DNA from: a virus
Lineage: Duplodnaviria; Caudoviricetes
Direction: 5' to 3' (one strand)
DNA length: 42,512 nucleotides
Virus record (IMG/VR): IMGVR_UViG_3300032219_001071
Coordinates: 1-42,512 of that record
Below are positions 33,916 through 42,512 of this stretch, in pieces (the first letter of the stretch is position 1; each line of letters begins with the position of its first letter). A program made the translations under genes and the position numbers. The notes beneath the pieces were generated by a model. That model was not told the origin of the DNA, did not search any database, and saw only the letters and a list, made by a program, of their open reading frames with translations.

Positions 33916-34434
33916 GTGACCGACGAAGTCGTGCTGAACGACCAGGACCAGTCGCAGGTAGAGCCTGCCACTGACCAGGATAACGACATCACCACTTGGA
34001 AGAAGCGTCTCGCTGGTAAGGACCAGGCTCTGACGGCTACCAAGAAGCAGCTGGATGAGATCAAGGCTGAATACGAAAAGGTTCAGACTTGGAAGCTCCA
34101 GATGGAAGAGGCAAGTCTCACAGAGTTTGAACGTGCGCAGCGACGCATCGCCACTTTGGAGAACGAACTTAAGGCTACTCGGGAGTCCGAGAAGCGTGAG
34201 CGACTAGCCAAGGAATATCCAACCTACGCTTCGTGGGTTTCGAAGGTGGATGCTCTCTCCGATGAGGAGCGTGCAGCTGAGTTCGAGGCACTCATGAAGA
34301 CGGGCGGAACTCCTAAGCAGGAGTTCACAGATCCAAACAAGCCGGCGAAGGCAGCGCCTTCGACCGGAAAGAAGCGCTCCTCTGAGGACATTGTCAAGGA
34401 CATCGCTGCCCTTGGTAATCCTTGGGGAGAGTAA
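33916..34434 (+). CDS. Capsid scaffolding protein
   Basis: AAGGAGGT RBS; acidic coiled coil, LTE.ERA, directly before MCP. Confidence 0.75.
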   Translation: MTDEVVLNDQDQSQVEPATDQDNDITTWKKRLAGKDQALTATKKQLDEIKAEYEKVQTWKLQMEEASLTEFERAQRRIATLENELKATRESEKRERLAKEYPTYASWVSKVDALSDEERAAEFEALMKTGGTPKQEFTDPNKPAKAAPSTGKKRSSEDIVKDIAALGNPWGE

Positions 34435-34448
34435 ATAAGGAGTAAATA

Positions 34449-35453
34449 ATGGCAACGAATACGCGTGCAGTTATTGACGGTAACTCGTCAAATGCATATT
34501 CAGCGCTCATTACGGAGCTCGTTTCGCAGCAGGCTCAGGAGAACCTGCGAGACCGTCTGGTCCATGCGATGCCGGGGAACTACACCTCGGGTCGCTTCCA
34601 GAAGGGCAGCAACGAGATCCGTTATGCACGATACCCAGACCTCACCCCGCTTGGCATTGCGGATACCCTTACTGAGGCAGGAGCCCCTGCTGAGTATGAC
34701 CTCACGGTTACGACCGAGTCGTTCATTCCTAAGCAGTACGGTAAGGTTCTTAAGATTTCAGATCTTGCTCAGCTCGACAGCCCGCATGACCTGATCGCAA
34801 TCGCTTCGGAGCGCCTCGCACGAGCCGCAACCGAGTCGATGGACCAGATCATCCGCGACGTTCTCAAGCAGGGCACGAATGTTCGCTACGCTGCAGGCCG
34901 AGCCGGTCGCTCGACACTTGCAACAACCGACAAGCTGACTGGTCTCGAGATCAAGCAGACTGTTGCGAAGCTTAAGGCAGCAAACGTACCAACGTTCGCT
35001 GACGGCTTCTACCGCGCAATCATCCATCCTTCGGTCGAGTTCGACCTTCTGACGGATACAAGCGCGAACGGCTTCCTTGAAGCCACGAAGTACACCAAGT
35101 CGCTCGATCTCCTCAATGGGGAAATCGGCGCCTATGCTGGTGTCCGCTTCATGGTTTCTCCTCAGGCTGCGACGTTCACTGGCGGCGTTGGTGGTGCTCT
35201 CACCATCCACTCGACGTTCGTGTTCGGGCCTGATGCCTACATCGTAGGCGACAGCCAGACGCTTCAGAGCTACTTCGTGGCTCCGGGCGGCGACCACAGC
35301 GATCCAATCGCCCAGGTTGCAACGCTTGGCTTCAAGATGCGCTTCGGCGCGATCCTCCGTGGCGAGGGCACGACCGGCGAGTTCGATGGTAGCAATACCT
35401 CGACTGGCCAGCCGCGATACCTCCGCGTGGAGTCGGTTGCTTCGACGCTCTAA
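34449..35453 (+). CDS. Major capsid protein (HK97 fold, N4-gp56-like)
   Basis: LTEAG.P, KQYG....ISD, AIIHP....DL, GEIG.Y.GVRF, DPI.Q..T.GFK. Confidence 0.9.
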   Translation: MATNTRAVIDGNSSNAYSALITELVSQQAQENLRDRLVHAMPGNYTSGRFQKGSNEIRYARYPDLTPLGIADTLTEAGAPAEYDLTVTTESFIPKQYGKVLKISDLAQLDSPHDLIAIASERLARAATESMDQIIRDVLKQGTNVRYAAGRAGRSTLATTDKLTGLEIKQTVAKLKAANVPTFADGFYRAIIHPSVEFDLLTDTSANGFLEATKYTKSLDLLNGEIGAYAGVRFMVSPQAATFTGGVGGALTIHSTFVFGPDAYIVGDSQTLQSYFVAPGGDHSDPIAQVATLGFKMRFGAILRGEGTTGEFDGSNTSTGQPRYLRVESVASTL

Positions 35454-35466
35454 TCGTAACTAGGGA

Positions 35467-35496
35467 GTGGGGGTCGGGCTTCGGCCCGGCCCCCGC
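35467..35496 (+). terminator. 13-bp cUUCGg hairpin after MCP, no U-tract
   Basis: GTGGGGGTCGGGC-TTCG-GCCCGGCCCCCGC. Confidence 0.65.
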
Positions 35497-35513
35497 AACC
35501 GCAAGGAGACCTT

Positions 35514-36149
35514 ATGGCTATTACACTATCAGCACTCAGGACTATAGTACGGCGAGACCTGCGTGACTCTGGTGCCACTAAGACATGGAGTGACGACGAA
35601 GTCAACGACATGATCAAGTGGGGCGTCCAGGAGGTCTCGCGCATCCGCCCACAGGAGATCTATGAAGAAGTTGCTTACACTGCTCCTGCCGTCGGAGCTT
35701 TCTTTACTATCAACACACTTACGCTCGACACTGTTTACCGTGTTGATGCGTATAAGAACAGCAAGCTTATCGCTTCGGTTCCGTTTGCCATCGATGCCCA
35801 GGCTACTGGTGGATGGGATTTCCTTAATGGAAAGCTGCACATGCCACCCTATCTCGTCCTGCCTGACGGGTCTACACTGCGGGTGTTTGGATACAAGCAC
35901 TATACGCAGCCCACGATTGACTCGTCCTCTATCGAGCTCGACGACGATGCTACTAACGCCGTGCGTGCCTGGGTCCAGAAGGAAGCGATGTTCATGCTGA
36001 TCTCTGACCGCGTCCGATTCCAGCAATGGCAGGTCGCAGCAGGAGCATCAGACACTAACAGCATTCAGTTGGCCCAGCTTTACAGTGCGGCAGAGCGACG
36101 CTGGTCTAGCATCTCTAAGGCTGTACGCCGCGTAAGGAAGACACCCTAA
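35514..36149 (+). CDS. Head-tail adaptor / tail tubular protein
   Basis: TLSALR..VRR.L.D....WSDDEVN..I N-terminus typical of adaptors; follows MCP. Confidence 0.7.
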   Translation: MAITLSALRTIVRRDLRDSGATKTWSDDEVNDMIKWGVQEVSRIRPQEIYEEVAYTAPAVGAFFTINTLTLDTVYRVDAYKNSKLIASVPFAIDAQATGGWDFLNGKLHMPPYLVLPDGSTLRVFGYKHYTQPTIDSSSIELDDDATNAVRAWVQKEAMFMLISDRVRFQQWQVAAGASDTNSIQLAQLYSAAERRWSSISKAVRRVRKTP

Positions 36150-37000
36150 TGGATCTTAGCGCAGCAGTAACTATCCAGCGTCCAGGGGCTGCGCCCTTGG
36201 ACATCAATAGCATCCGAGACCCCAATGCGATTGGGTCTTCGCCTGTTTCTGGATACATGATCGAGCAGGTAGACTTCTCGTCTGTACCGATTACTGCGTT
36301 CACAGAGGATACCCCGCTAGTGGACGGTGTCGACAGTTACGATGCGTACCTGTCAGCCCGCACGATTAACATTGCACTGTCCGTATACGGCAGCAGCTAC
36401 GGAGATTTCTGGGACAAGATCACTGCGCTAACCGCAGCTTTGCAAGCACAGCCTAAGGCGGCAGACACCGCAACGTACCCAGCGTTAGCGGCAGACGGAC
36501 AGCGAAAGCTATCGTTCACGCAGCCTAAGGCTGCTGGCACATACAGCCTTTACATGATGGTCAGGCCAATGGCTTTGCCTAGATTCCTTACGGATGCGGC
36601 ATCAGCCGCAGGTGATTCAAGCCGTGGCTACTCGGTCCGTTGCACAATCACCCTTATGGCAGAAGACCCATACAAGTACTTCGAGACAGCGTCTACCTTT
36701 AGCCGCACTGGCAGTGGGGCCCTGTCCGTTGTCAATAGCGGCACTACAATCGCTTGGCCTACTGTGACATGGAACGTCAATACATCTAGCACTGTGTCCG
36801 TTGAGCTAGGTAGCGATAAGGTCGAGCACACGGCGGTATCAGCCAACGTTACTGACACGTTCAAGAACGCTGGGTCGACCAACTCAGCCACCCTAACCAG
36901 CTACGAGTTCTTCAGCATCCCGCCGGGAACCTCTTCGGTTACCGTAGTAGGCCAGGCTGGACAGACCGTAAGCATTACTATCAGGGAGGCCATTCTTTAA
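36149..37000 (+). CDS. Distal tail (Dit)-like protein
   Basis: DG......L.ARTI, L.AEDPY.Y, V.NSGT..AWP, F..IPPG...V motifs. Confidence 0.65.
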   Translation: MDLSAAVTIQRPGAAPLDINSIRDPNAIGSSPVSGYMIEQVDFSSVPITAFTEDTPLVDGVDSYDAYLSARTINIALSVYGSSYGDFWDKITALTAALQAQPKAADTATYPALAADGQRKLSFTQPKAAGTYSLYMMVRPMALPRFLTDAASAAGDSSRGYSVRCTITLMAEDPYKYFETASTFSRTGSGALSVVNSGTTIAWPTVTWNVNTSSTVSVELGSDKVEHTAVSANVTDTFKNAGSTNSATLTSYEFFSIPPGTSSVTVVGQAGQTVSITIREAIL

Positions 37001-39375
37001 TGGCAGCTAAGAACATTGTGGTAATCCGTAGCCGCAATGCCTACAACGCAGCAGATGAGTTCTGGCAGGGTGCGCCCGTTGCCGTAATCACTGACGCTCG
37101 TGACATTGGCGTGCAGCTGTATGCCAACGATGGCGGATCAATGTTCTTCACCTTGCCAGTAGACCACCCAGTCCTTCCGCTCATCGACCCTCTCAACCAG
37201 CACTATGTTGTGCAGCGCTGGAATGGTAGCAGCTATGACACTATCCAGTCTGGGTTCATCACAGACTATGACGCTAGCGCCAATGAGGTAGTAATCAGTG
37301 GCGTGGACTACATGACCACGCTGAACAAGTACTACACCCCAATCCATGGCCCAGAGCTAGGCGCCAAGGCTATCCCTAATACGGACACCACGGCCATCCT
37401 GTCTACCACCCCAAGCGCGATCATCGCAGCAGCAGTGTCCAAGGATCGAGCAAAGGCCTCTGAAGGGTACGCTGTGTCCTCAACTGACTCCACCTATAAA
37501 AACGTAGGTAAGATCTCCGCCTACTCTGGCGCAGCGCAGTCATCCACAAACCCAGCAGGTACTAGAGATGCAATCACTGTAGAGTATGAAGAAGTTTCAG
37601 GAGTCAAGACTGGGACAGTTATTCTAAGCGGTGCACTGTATATCTGGAGAGACTCTGCTGCCAACAAGTTCCAGGAAGGTGAGACCGGCAAGCTTATCGA
37701 GGGTAACTTCTCTATTGGTACCAGCTCTTCTGCTAAGGGTAAGATTGGATTCATCATTAGCTCAAACCCAGGCGGACCACTTGCAAAGGTGGAGTTCGAC
37801 GTATACATTGCGGTAAGCACCCTCGACATTGGATATACGAGCGGTGGGTATGGTGCGCTAAACTTTAATGTCAAACTTAGACCTGTATCTAACTATGCCT
37901 CAGGTACAGAGGACCACACCGGCACAGATCTAAACAGAGTAATGTCAATCCTATCTGAAGGGGTAAGCTACGAGTTCTACATTACACCATATTACTACGG
38001 CAACCTGAGCCCATCAGACGCTACCGCAGACTTCGACCAGTACATCTGGGGCCCGACTACCAGAGCGCCTGAGTCCACCTTCACAGCAGGACTACAAACT
38101 AATACTATTAGGGATGCTTACGATGACCTGTTCGATCCAGCCGATCCAGCAAACGTACTAGACAGGTCTAAAGACTATCCACCACTCGTGGTAACGCCAG
38201 TAGAAGTGCAACACAATATCGGAGACCCGACGCAAACTGTCTATTCTGCAACTCCATTCTCTTCTAGATTCGCTGTCGGTGATCAGGTTGTTGTGTCTGG
38301 CGGTGGCTCTGGTAACGGTACGTTTACAATCGTAAGCTTTAGCGCTAACAGGCAGCTTATGTATATTGGTTTTACAGTGGACGATGACTACGTATACTCA
38401 ACAGCAACTCTAACAAAGAACTTTGACTGCAAACCATTGATTCAGTTTATGTCGATAGAGCATCTAGGGACAAACACAACAACCAAACACCCGTACGTAA
38501 CAGCAGGTCAAGGCACGGTAGACTTCATGCGTGACTTGGCAGATATCGAAATGGGTTCAAGGAGTACTGGTGAGAAGGTTGTATTTAACTTCTACGGGGT
38601 GCCCTCCGCGTCGCCTGACGGTAAGAAGCTGAGTGTACACCACTCTGTCTCGTCAAACCCACAGGCCACCATCATCTACCCTGGGCAAATCCTGGACTAC
38701 AACGTAACAAACAAGCGCAGCGCCAAGGTCACCTCAGCCAGGGTAATCCCTACCACGGACTTCCTCATCGGCTCAAGCACAGAAGGTTCCGGCGGGGCCA
38801 AGACCAAGGGCGCTGTGAAGGTAGCACCTGGGGTCACGAGCTCAAGCCCTGCCTTGCCAACTGTCACAAGCCAGGGCGGATTCCTTTCCGCCGATGCGGC
38901 AGGTAACTTTGCACAAGGTATCATCAATGACTTCGGAGAAGACGCTGACACTCAAATGATTAAGGTTTCTTTACGAACAGAGCAGTTCGGCCCTATCGGT
39001 GTGTCTGGTACGCCTAAGCTTGGCGAGACTGTTCGCGTGGTTGTTCGCCGTAAGAACGTTACGGTTGGTGGCGACGAGCTGTCCGGTCTGTACAATGTTG
39101 GCGGCATGCAGTGGCTAGCTAAGGTCGACGGCACAGAGCGCCTTGCCTTGGATCTAGTCAAGCCCAACAAGTTCAAGGGCGCAGCCATTACCTGGGATCG
39201 CAAGCCCAACCCAAAGCCTGAGCCATCGAATGATACTACACGACCGCCGGGCACTCCTCCACCGCCACCGCCAAAGCCACCAACGACACCAACGCCACCA
39301 AATCCTGGACCAAGCGGCACTGCTGTTCCAGGAGTACCGCGCTTTAACGGCAGGCCTGAGAGGTTCCAGCTATGA
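37000..39375 (+). CDS. Minor tail / baseplate hub (Tal/gp37-like) protein with large insertion and Pro-rich tail
   Basis: ANDGGS..FTLP...SGFI......V.ISG.DY...L N-terminus; LGETV.V C-terminal barrel. Confidence 0.65.
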   Translation: MAAKNIVVIRSRNAYNAADEFWQGAPVAVITDARDIGVQLYANDGGSMFFTLPVDHPVLPLIDPLNQHYVVQRWNGSSYDTIQSGFITDYDASANEVVISGVDYMTTLNKYYTPIHGPELGAKAIPNTDTTAILSTTPSAIIAAAVSKDRAKASEGYAVSSTDSTYKNVGKISAYSGAAQSSTNPAGTRDAITVEYEEVSGVKTGTVILSGALYIWRDSAANKFQEGETGKLIEGNFSIGTSSSAKGKIGFIISSNPGGPLAKVEFDVYIAVSTLDIGYTSGGYGALNFNVKLRPVSNYASGTEDHTGTDLNRVMSILSEGVSYEFYITPYYYGNLSPSDATADFDQYIWGPTTRAPESTFTAGLQTNTIRDAYDDLFDPADPANVLDRSKDYPPLVVTPVEVQHNIGDPTQTVYSATPFSSRFAVGDQVVVSGGGSGNGTFTIVSFSANRQLMYIGFTVDDDYVYSTATLTKNFDCKPLIQFMSIEHLGTNTTTKHPYVTAGQGTVDFMRDLADIEMGSRSTGEKVVFNFYGVPSASPDGKKLSVHHSVSSNPQATIIYPGQILDYNVTNKRSAKVTSARVIPTTDFLIGSSTEGSGGAKTKGAVKVAPGVTSSSPALPTVTSQGGFLSADAAGNFAQGIINDFGEDADTQMIKVSLRTEQFGPIGVSGTPKLGETVRVVVRRKNVTVGGDELSGLYNVGGMQWLAKVDGTERLALDLVKPNKFKGAAITWDRKPNPKPEPSNDTTRPPGTPPPPPPKPPTTPTPPNPGPSGTAVPGVPRFNGRPERFQL

Positions 39376-39596
39376 CACGAGGGCAGTTCGAGATCTTGCT
39401 TTCTAAGCTCGACGAGATTGACGTACGCATCCGCGCCTTGGAGATCGACGCTGCTGGCAGTAAAGCTGTGCGGAAGGCTAGACAAGCGGGAGATCTAGAG
39501 GCAAAATGGAAGGCAGGGATCGTGGCGTCCGTTGTGGGCGGGCTCGTAACCCTGGTAGCCAAGGTGTACGACGCCTTGACAAACGGAGGTAAGTAA
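39372..39596 (+). CDS. Small coiled-coil plus TM protein (holin/spanin-associated type)
   Basis: KLDEIDVRIRALE then GIVASVVGGLVTLV. Confidence 0.6.
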   Translation: MTRGQFEILLSKLDEIDVRIRALEIDAAGSKAVRKARQAGDLEAKWKAGIVASVVGGLVTLVAKVYDALTNGGK

Positions 39597-40312
39597 TGGC
39601 AAAGGCTAACCTAGTAGATCGCGTGGGCGAACTCAAGGAGCAGGGCCTGTCCTTCTCCAAGATTGGGGAGCTGCTCAACATGAGCAAGGACCAGGTCCAG
39701 AAGTTCCATAAGCGCTACGCTGAGGGGATCCCGGAAGATCTCTTGCCAGCGCAGAAGAAGGCTTCGAAGACTCCGCCGTTCGTGGGGATCGACATCGCTT
39801 ACTTCGACATCGAGACAACGTTCAGCAACTGGCGACGCATGCTGTGCGGTTCGATTGCCGACAGCCTTGGTAACGTCATCACGCTCAGTCACGACACGCA
39901 CCCTGGCAAGAACTGGCAGGACGACAGCGTGCTGGTGAAGGCATACTGCGAGGAGCTCGACAAGTACGACGTGATCGTCGGCTGGAACTCCAAGCTGTTC
40001 GACGTGCCAGTACTCAACTCGCGCATGCTGTACCACGGATTCAAGCCTTACAATCCACGCATGCACCTTGACCTTATGTACAAGGCGACTGGCTCATCCA
40101 TTGCGATTGGCCGTAAGTCTCTGGACAATGTGTCCAAGTATTTCGGTGTCCAGAACAAGAAGACTCCGCTTGACCCACGCACGTGGGACGATGCGGACCA
40201 TGGTGACCGTGCTTCCTATGAGAAGATCATCGAGCACTGCGAGGCGGACGTGCTGGTCCTCCGGGATGTGTACGCCAAGCTTAAGCCGATGGTGACCATC
40301 CTTCACCGATGA
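39596..40312 (+). CDS. HTH fused to DnaQ/RNase_H_2-like 3'-5' exonuclease
   Basis: GLSFSKIGELLNMSKDQV HTH; FDIET, VGWNSKLFD.P, HLDL, SLD.V, HC.ADV. Confidence 0.85.
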   Translation: MAKANLVDRVGELKEQGLSFSKIGELLNMSKDQVQKFHKRYAEGIPEDLLPAQKKASKTPPFVGIDIAYFDIETTFSNWRRMLCGSIADSLGNVITLSHDTHPGKNWQDDSVLVKAYCEELDKYDVIVGWNSKLFDVPVLNSRMLYHGFKPYNPRMHLDLMYKATGSSIAIGRKSLDNVSKYFGVQNKKTPLDPRTWDDADHGDRASYEKIIEHCEADVLVLRDVYAKLKPMVTILHR

Positions 40313-40677
40313 CCGAAGATCAGATCCAGGCACACTTCGATAAGACCATTGCCGTGGACTTTGACGACACTATTGTCGTCAGGGTCTTCGGCACTTTGGT
40401 TCCTGCCAAGGATTGCATCGAAGCCCTGCAGATACTGAGGGACCAAGGGTACAAGATCATCATCCACTCTGCTCGCTCATGGGAGCACTGGCAAGACAGG
40501 ATCGAGCGAGAGAATGAGATGACTAACCTGCTTAATAGCTGGGAGATCCCGTACGATGAGGTCTACGCTGGCAAAGGTAAGCCACCAGCCATGGCGTACA
40601 TCGACGACCGTGGGCTACGGTTCGCGGATAACTGGATGGACATCGCAAGAGTAATCATCGAAAAGGGGAAAGTATGA
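40309..40677 (+). CDS. Capless HAD-superfamily hydrolase
   Basis: IAVDFDDTI, IIHSAR, GKP.A..YIDDR. Confidence 0.85.
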   Translation: MTEDQIQAHFDKTIAVDFDDTIVVRVFGTLVPAKDCIEALQILRDQGYKIIIHSARSWEHWQDRIERENEMTNLLNSWEIPYDEVYAGKGKPPAMAYIDDRGLRFADNWMDIARVIIEKGKV

Positions 40678-41258
40678 GTAAGCTAAAGATCGTAACGCAG
40701 ACAGATAGCATCGAGGGCAAGGGCACTAAGACCTTTGCCGACAACTGGATGGACGATTGCGCGTGGGCTACGCTCGCGTGTGCGGCCAACCACCTCACCG
40801 GATCTAAGTTCAAGTCGGCAGACGCAATCAAGTGGGGCGAGAAAGTTGGGCGCAAGGACCGCGATGGTCTTCCTGACCCGACGTCGCTGTACCAGCTCGT
40901 AAAGGCTGGGCCACTGGCTGGGTTGAAGGTAACCCGTCCTAAGAACTGGTCGGCAGTGGAGGCCGCAATCGAGAAGGGCGCAGTCATCCTGATCAACGTT
41001 GAACAGGCGAAGAACTACCCTGACGTACGTATGAGCAAGTGGCACACCGACCACCAGAAGCGCAAACCAGGTAGTACCTATGGGCACATGACGTGCGCTG
41101 TCAAGACGGCAGATGGGTACGAATGGGCTGACCCTACGATGAGTGGCAAGGGCGACGAAGAGTATGCCGTTGTTACTACATGGGCAAACATCAAGCAGAT
41201 CGCTCGCTCGAAGGGAGACGCCCCTCACACGAGGTGCCTCATCGCAACTAAGAAGTAA
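40674..41258 (+). CDS. C39-like cysteine peptidase, candidate endolysin
   Basis: Q...DDCAWA.LA, YGHM, WADP giving a Cys-His-Asp triad. Confidence 0.7.
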   Translation: MSKLKIVTQTDSIEGKGTKTFADNWMDDCAWATLACAANHLTGSKFKSADAIKWGEKVGRKDRDGLPDPTSLYQLVKAGPLAGLKVTRPKNWSAVEAAIEKGAVILINVEQAKNYPDVRMSKWHTDHQKRKPGSTYGHMTCAVKTADGYEWADPTMSGKGDEEYAVVTTWANIKQIARSKGDAPHTRCLIATKK

Positions 41259-41261
41259 CGC

Positions 41262-41290
41262 TTGACATCCCTTGAGGGGTGTACTAAGAT
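41262..41290 (+). promoter_or_regulatory. Housekeeping-sigma promoter for the replication block
   Basis: TTGACA-17 nt-TAAGAT; AGGAGG RBS downstream. Confidence 0.8.
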
Positions 41291-41321
41291 CCCCAGTGGA
41301 CGGACCCACTGGGGGTCTTTT
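41288..41321 (+). terminator. Intrinsic terminator ending the virion/lysis block
   Basis: CCCCAGTGG-ACGGAC-CCACTGGGG followed by GTCTTTT. Confidence 0.75.
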
Positions 41322-41338
41322 AGTTTATAGGAGGAGCT

Positions 41339-42049
41339 ATGGAAACAATAGCTAAGGCGTTTGACCTAGGGTTAAAAGCCAACCGTAAGGATCGTCCTTC
41401 CGGTACGTTCTTCCGTGGCAGCAAGCTTGGCTCGTGCCTGCGACAGCAGTACTACGATGCCACAGGCGAGCCTGTCACTAACCCATTCGAGGATCGGTTG
41501 TACCGGATCTTTGAGCAGGGCCACGTCATCGCTGAGACCTTTGAGCGGAACCTCAAAGCATCTGGGCTATTCGACGAGTTTGAGTCTGAGGTACCTGTAG
41601 AGATGGAGAAGTACAACTTCTCTGGGAACATCGACCACCTTGTTCGGTGGAAGAATAGAGACCATATGTACGAGAACGGATGGGAAGTTATCGAGATGAA
41701 GTCGATGAACTCGAACGGCTTCAAGTACCTTAAGGGACCTAAGCCAGAGCATGCCATTCAGGCTGCTAGTTATGCGCTTGCGTTGGAGTATAACGGCTTC
41801 CTCCCCGAGGAGATCTACGATCAGCAGATCGCAGCTCGCGTTGTGTACGTCAGCAAGGATGACTTCCTGATTAGTGAGTATACTATTGACAGGTCCTGGT
41901 ATGATAAGGCTATGCGGGTCCTCAAGATCGGCAACACGTTTAAGGAGCAAGGACGGATTCCGTTTAGGCTCCCGGTGCCGGAGGGTAAGGATCCCAAGAA
42001 GATGTGGCCATGCGGCGGGTGCCAATGGCTGACTAAGTGCAGGGGGTAA
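41339..42049 (+). CDS. Cas4-like/AddB-like PD-(D/E)xK exonuclease
   Basis: SKLGSCLRQ.YY, GNID, IEMKS, Q...Y, CGGCQW...C (1+3 Cys arrangement). Confidence 0.85.
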   Translation: METIAKAFDLGLKANRKDRPSGTFFRGSKLGSCLRQQYYDATGEPVTNPFEDRLYRIFEQGHVIAETFERNLKASGLFDEFESEVPVEMEKYNFSGNIDHLVRWKNRDHMYENGWEVIEMKSMNSNGFKYLKGPKPEHAIQAASYALALEYNGFLPEEIYDQQIAARVVYVSKDDFLISEYTIDRSWYDKAMRVLKIGNTFKEQGRIPFRLPVPEGKDPKKMWPCGGCQWLTKCRG

Positions 42050-42050
42050 C

Positions 42051-42512
42051 ATGGCGGATAAGATCAGTCTAGCTACCAAGATCGCCAAGGTCATGGAGGC
42101 CGTTGGCTACGTGCAGAAGGGCGGCACGAACAGCGCCCAGGGGTACAAGTTCGTACAGGCATCTGCCGTTGCGGACAAGGTACGCGCTGAGCTGAGCAAG
42201 CTCAACGTGTCGATGACCCCGACCAACATTGACGTGATTAGCGAGGGTCTGACACCGTCTGGTAAGCAGGCGCTGCTCACTCTCCGCTTCACTTGGACGC
42301 TCACCGACGGCGACAGTGGCGAGACTATCTCGTTCCAGTCCATCGGTACGGGGGCGGACAGCGGCGACAAGGCTGCGTATAAGGCAGCTACCGGCGCACT
42401 CAAGTACGCTCTGCTCACAGGGTTCCTGATCCCAACAGGCGATGACCCAGAGGCAGACGGCAAGACGGATGACGAGATCATTGCTGCTAAGGCTAAGGAT
42501 CTCTTCAACGGG
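42051..42512 (+). CDS. ERF-family ssDNA annealing protein (173 aa across the junction, ends at 183)
   Basis: K.G.N..QGYKF, G.G.DSGDKA.YKA.TGA.KY.L...F.IPT.DDPE; missed by the ORF track. Confidence 0.88.
   Translation, partial: MADKISLATKIAKVMEAVGYVQKGGTNSAQGYKFVQASAVADKVRAELSKLNVSMTPTNIDVISEGLTPSGKQALLTLRFTWTLTDGDSGETISFQSIGTGADSGDKAAYKAATGALKYALLTGFLIPTGDDPEADGKTDDEIIAAKAKDLFNG
42390..42512. repeat. Direct terminal repeat (copy 2)
   Basis: Identical to 1-123. Confidence 0.95.

Noticed and set aside
41339-42049. Cas4 as sign of a CRISPR system
   Set aside because: No repeat-spacer array or other cas genes; solo Cas4-like nucleases beside annealases are common in phages.
10521-42508. Numerous antisense ORFs within the large genes
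   Set aside because: Expected shadows of GC-rich coding sequence; no RBS or recognisable motifs.

Overview
The window is an apparently complete, circularly assembled genome (about 42,389 bp; positions 1-123 are repeated at 42390-42512 inside an ERF gene) of a tailed dsDNA phage. No integrase, DNA polymerase or primase was recognised. Three blocks are visible: (i) a rightward replication/recombination block (Cas4-like nuclease, ERF, SSB-like protein, Hjc-like resolvase, RlpA-like protein, DnaB; 41339 through the junction to 4661); (ii) a leftward, AT-richer block of small genes (4759-9808) punctuated by terminators and two repeated non-coding motifs; (iii) a rightward virion block (2419-aa polyvalent protein, HExxH peptidase, tail fibre, TerS-like, holin, five basic mini-proteins, TerL, portal, two large ejection-like proteins, scaffold, MCP, adaptor, Dit-like and Tal/hub-like proteins, exonuclease, HAD protein, C39-like peptidase). 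The most unusual observation is a full 76-nt tRNA-Arg(UCU) cloverleaf with encoded CCA (11140-11215) on the coding strand and inside the open frame of the giant protein, in the linker between an ASCH-like and a SLOG-like domain. All protein calls come from reading motifs by eye, not from database searches. The host is not determinable from the sequence.
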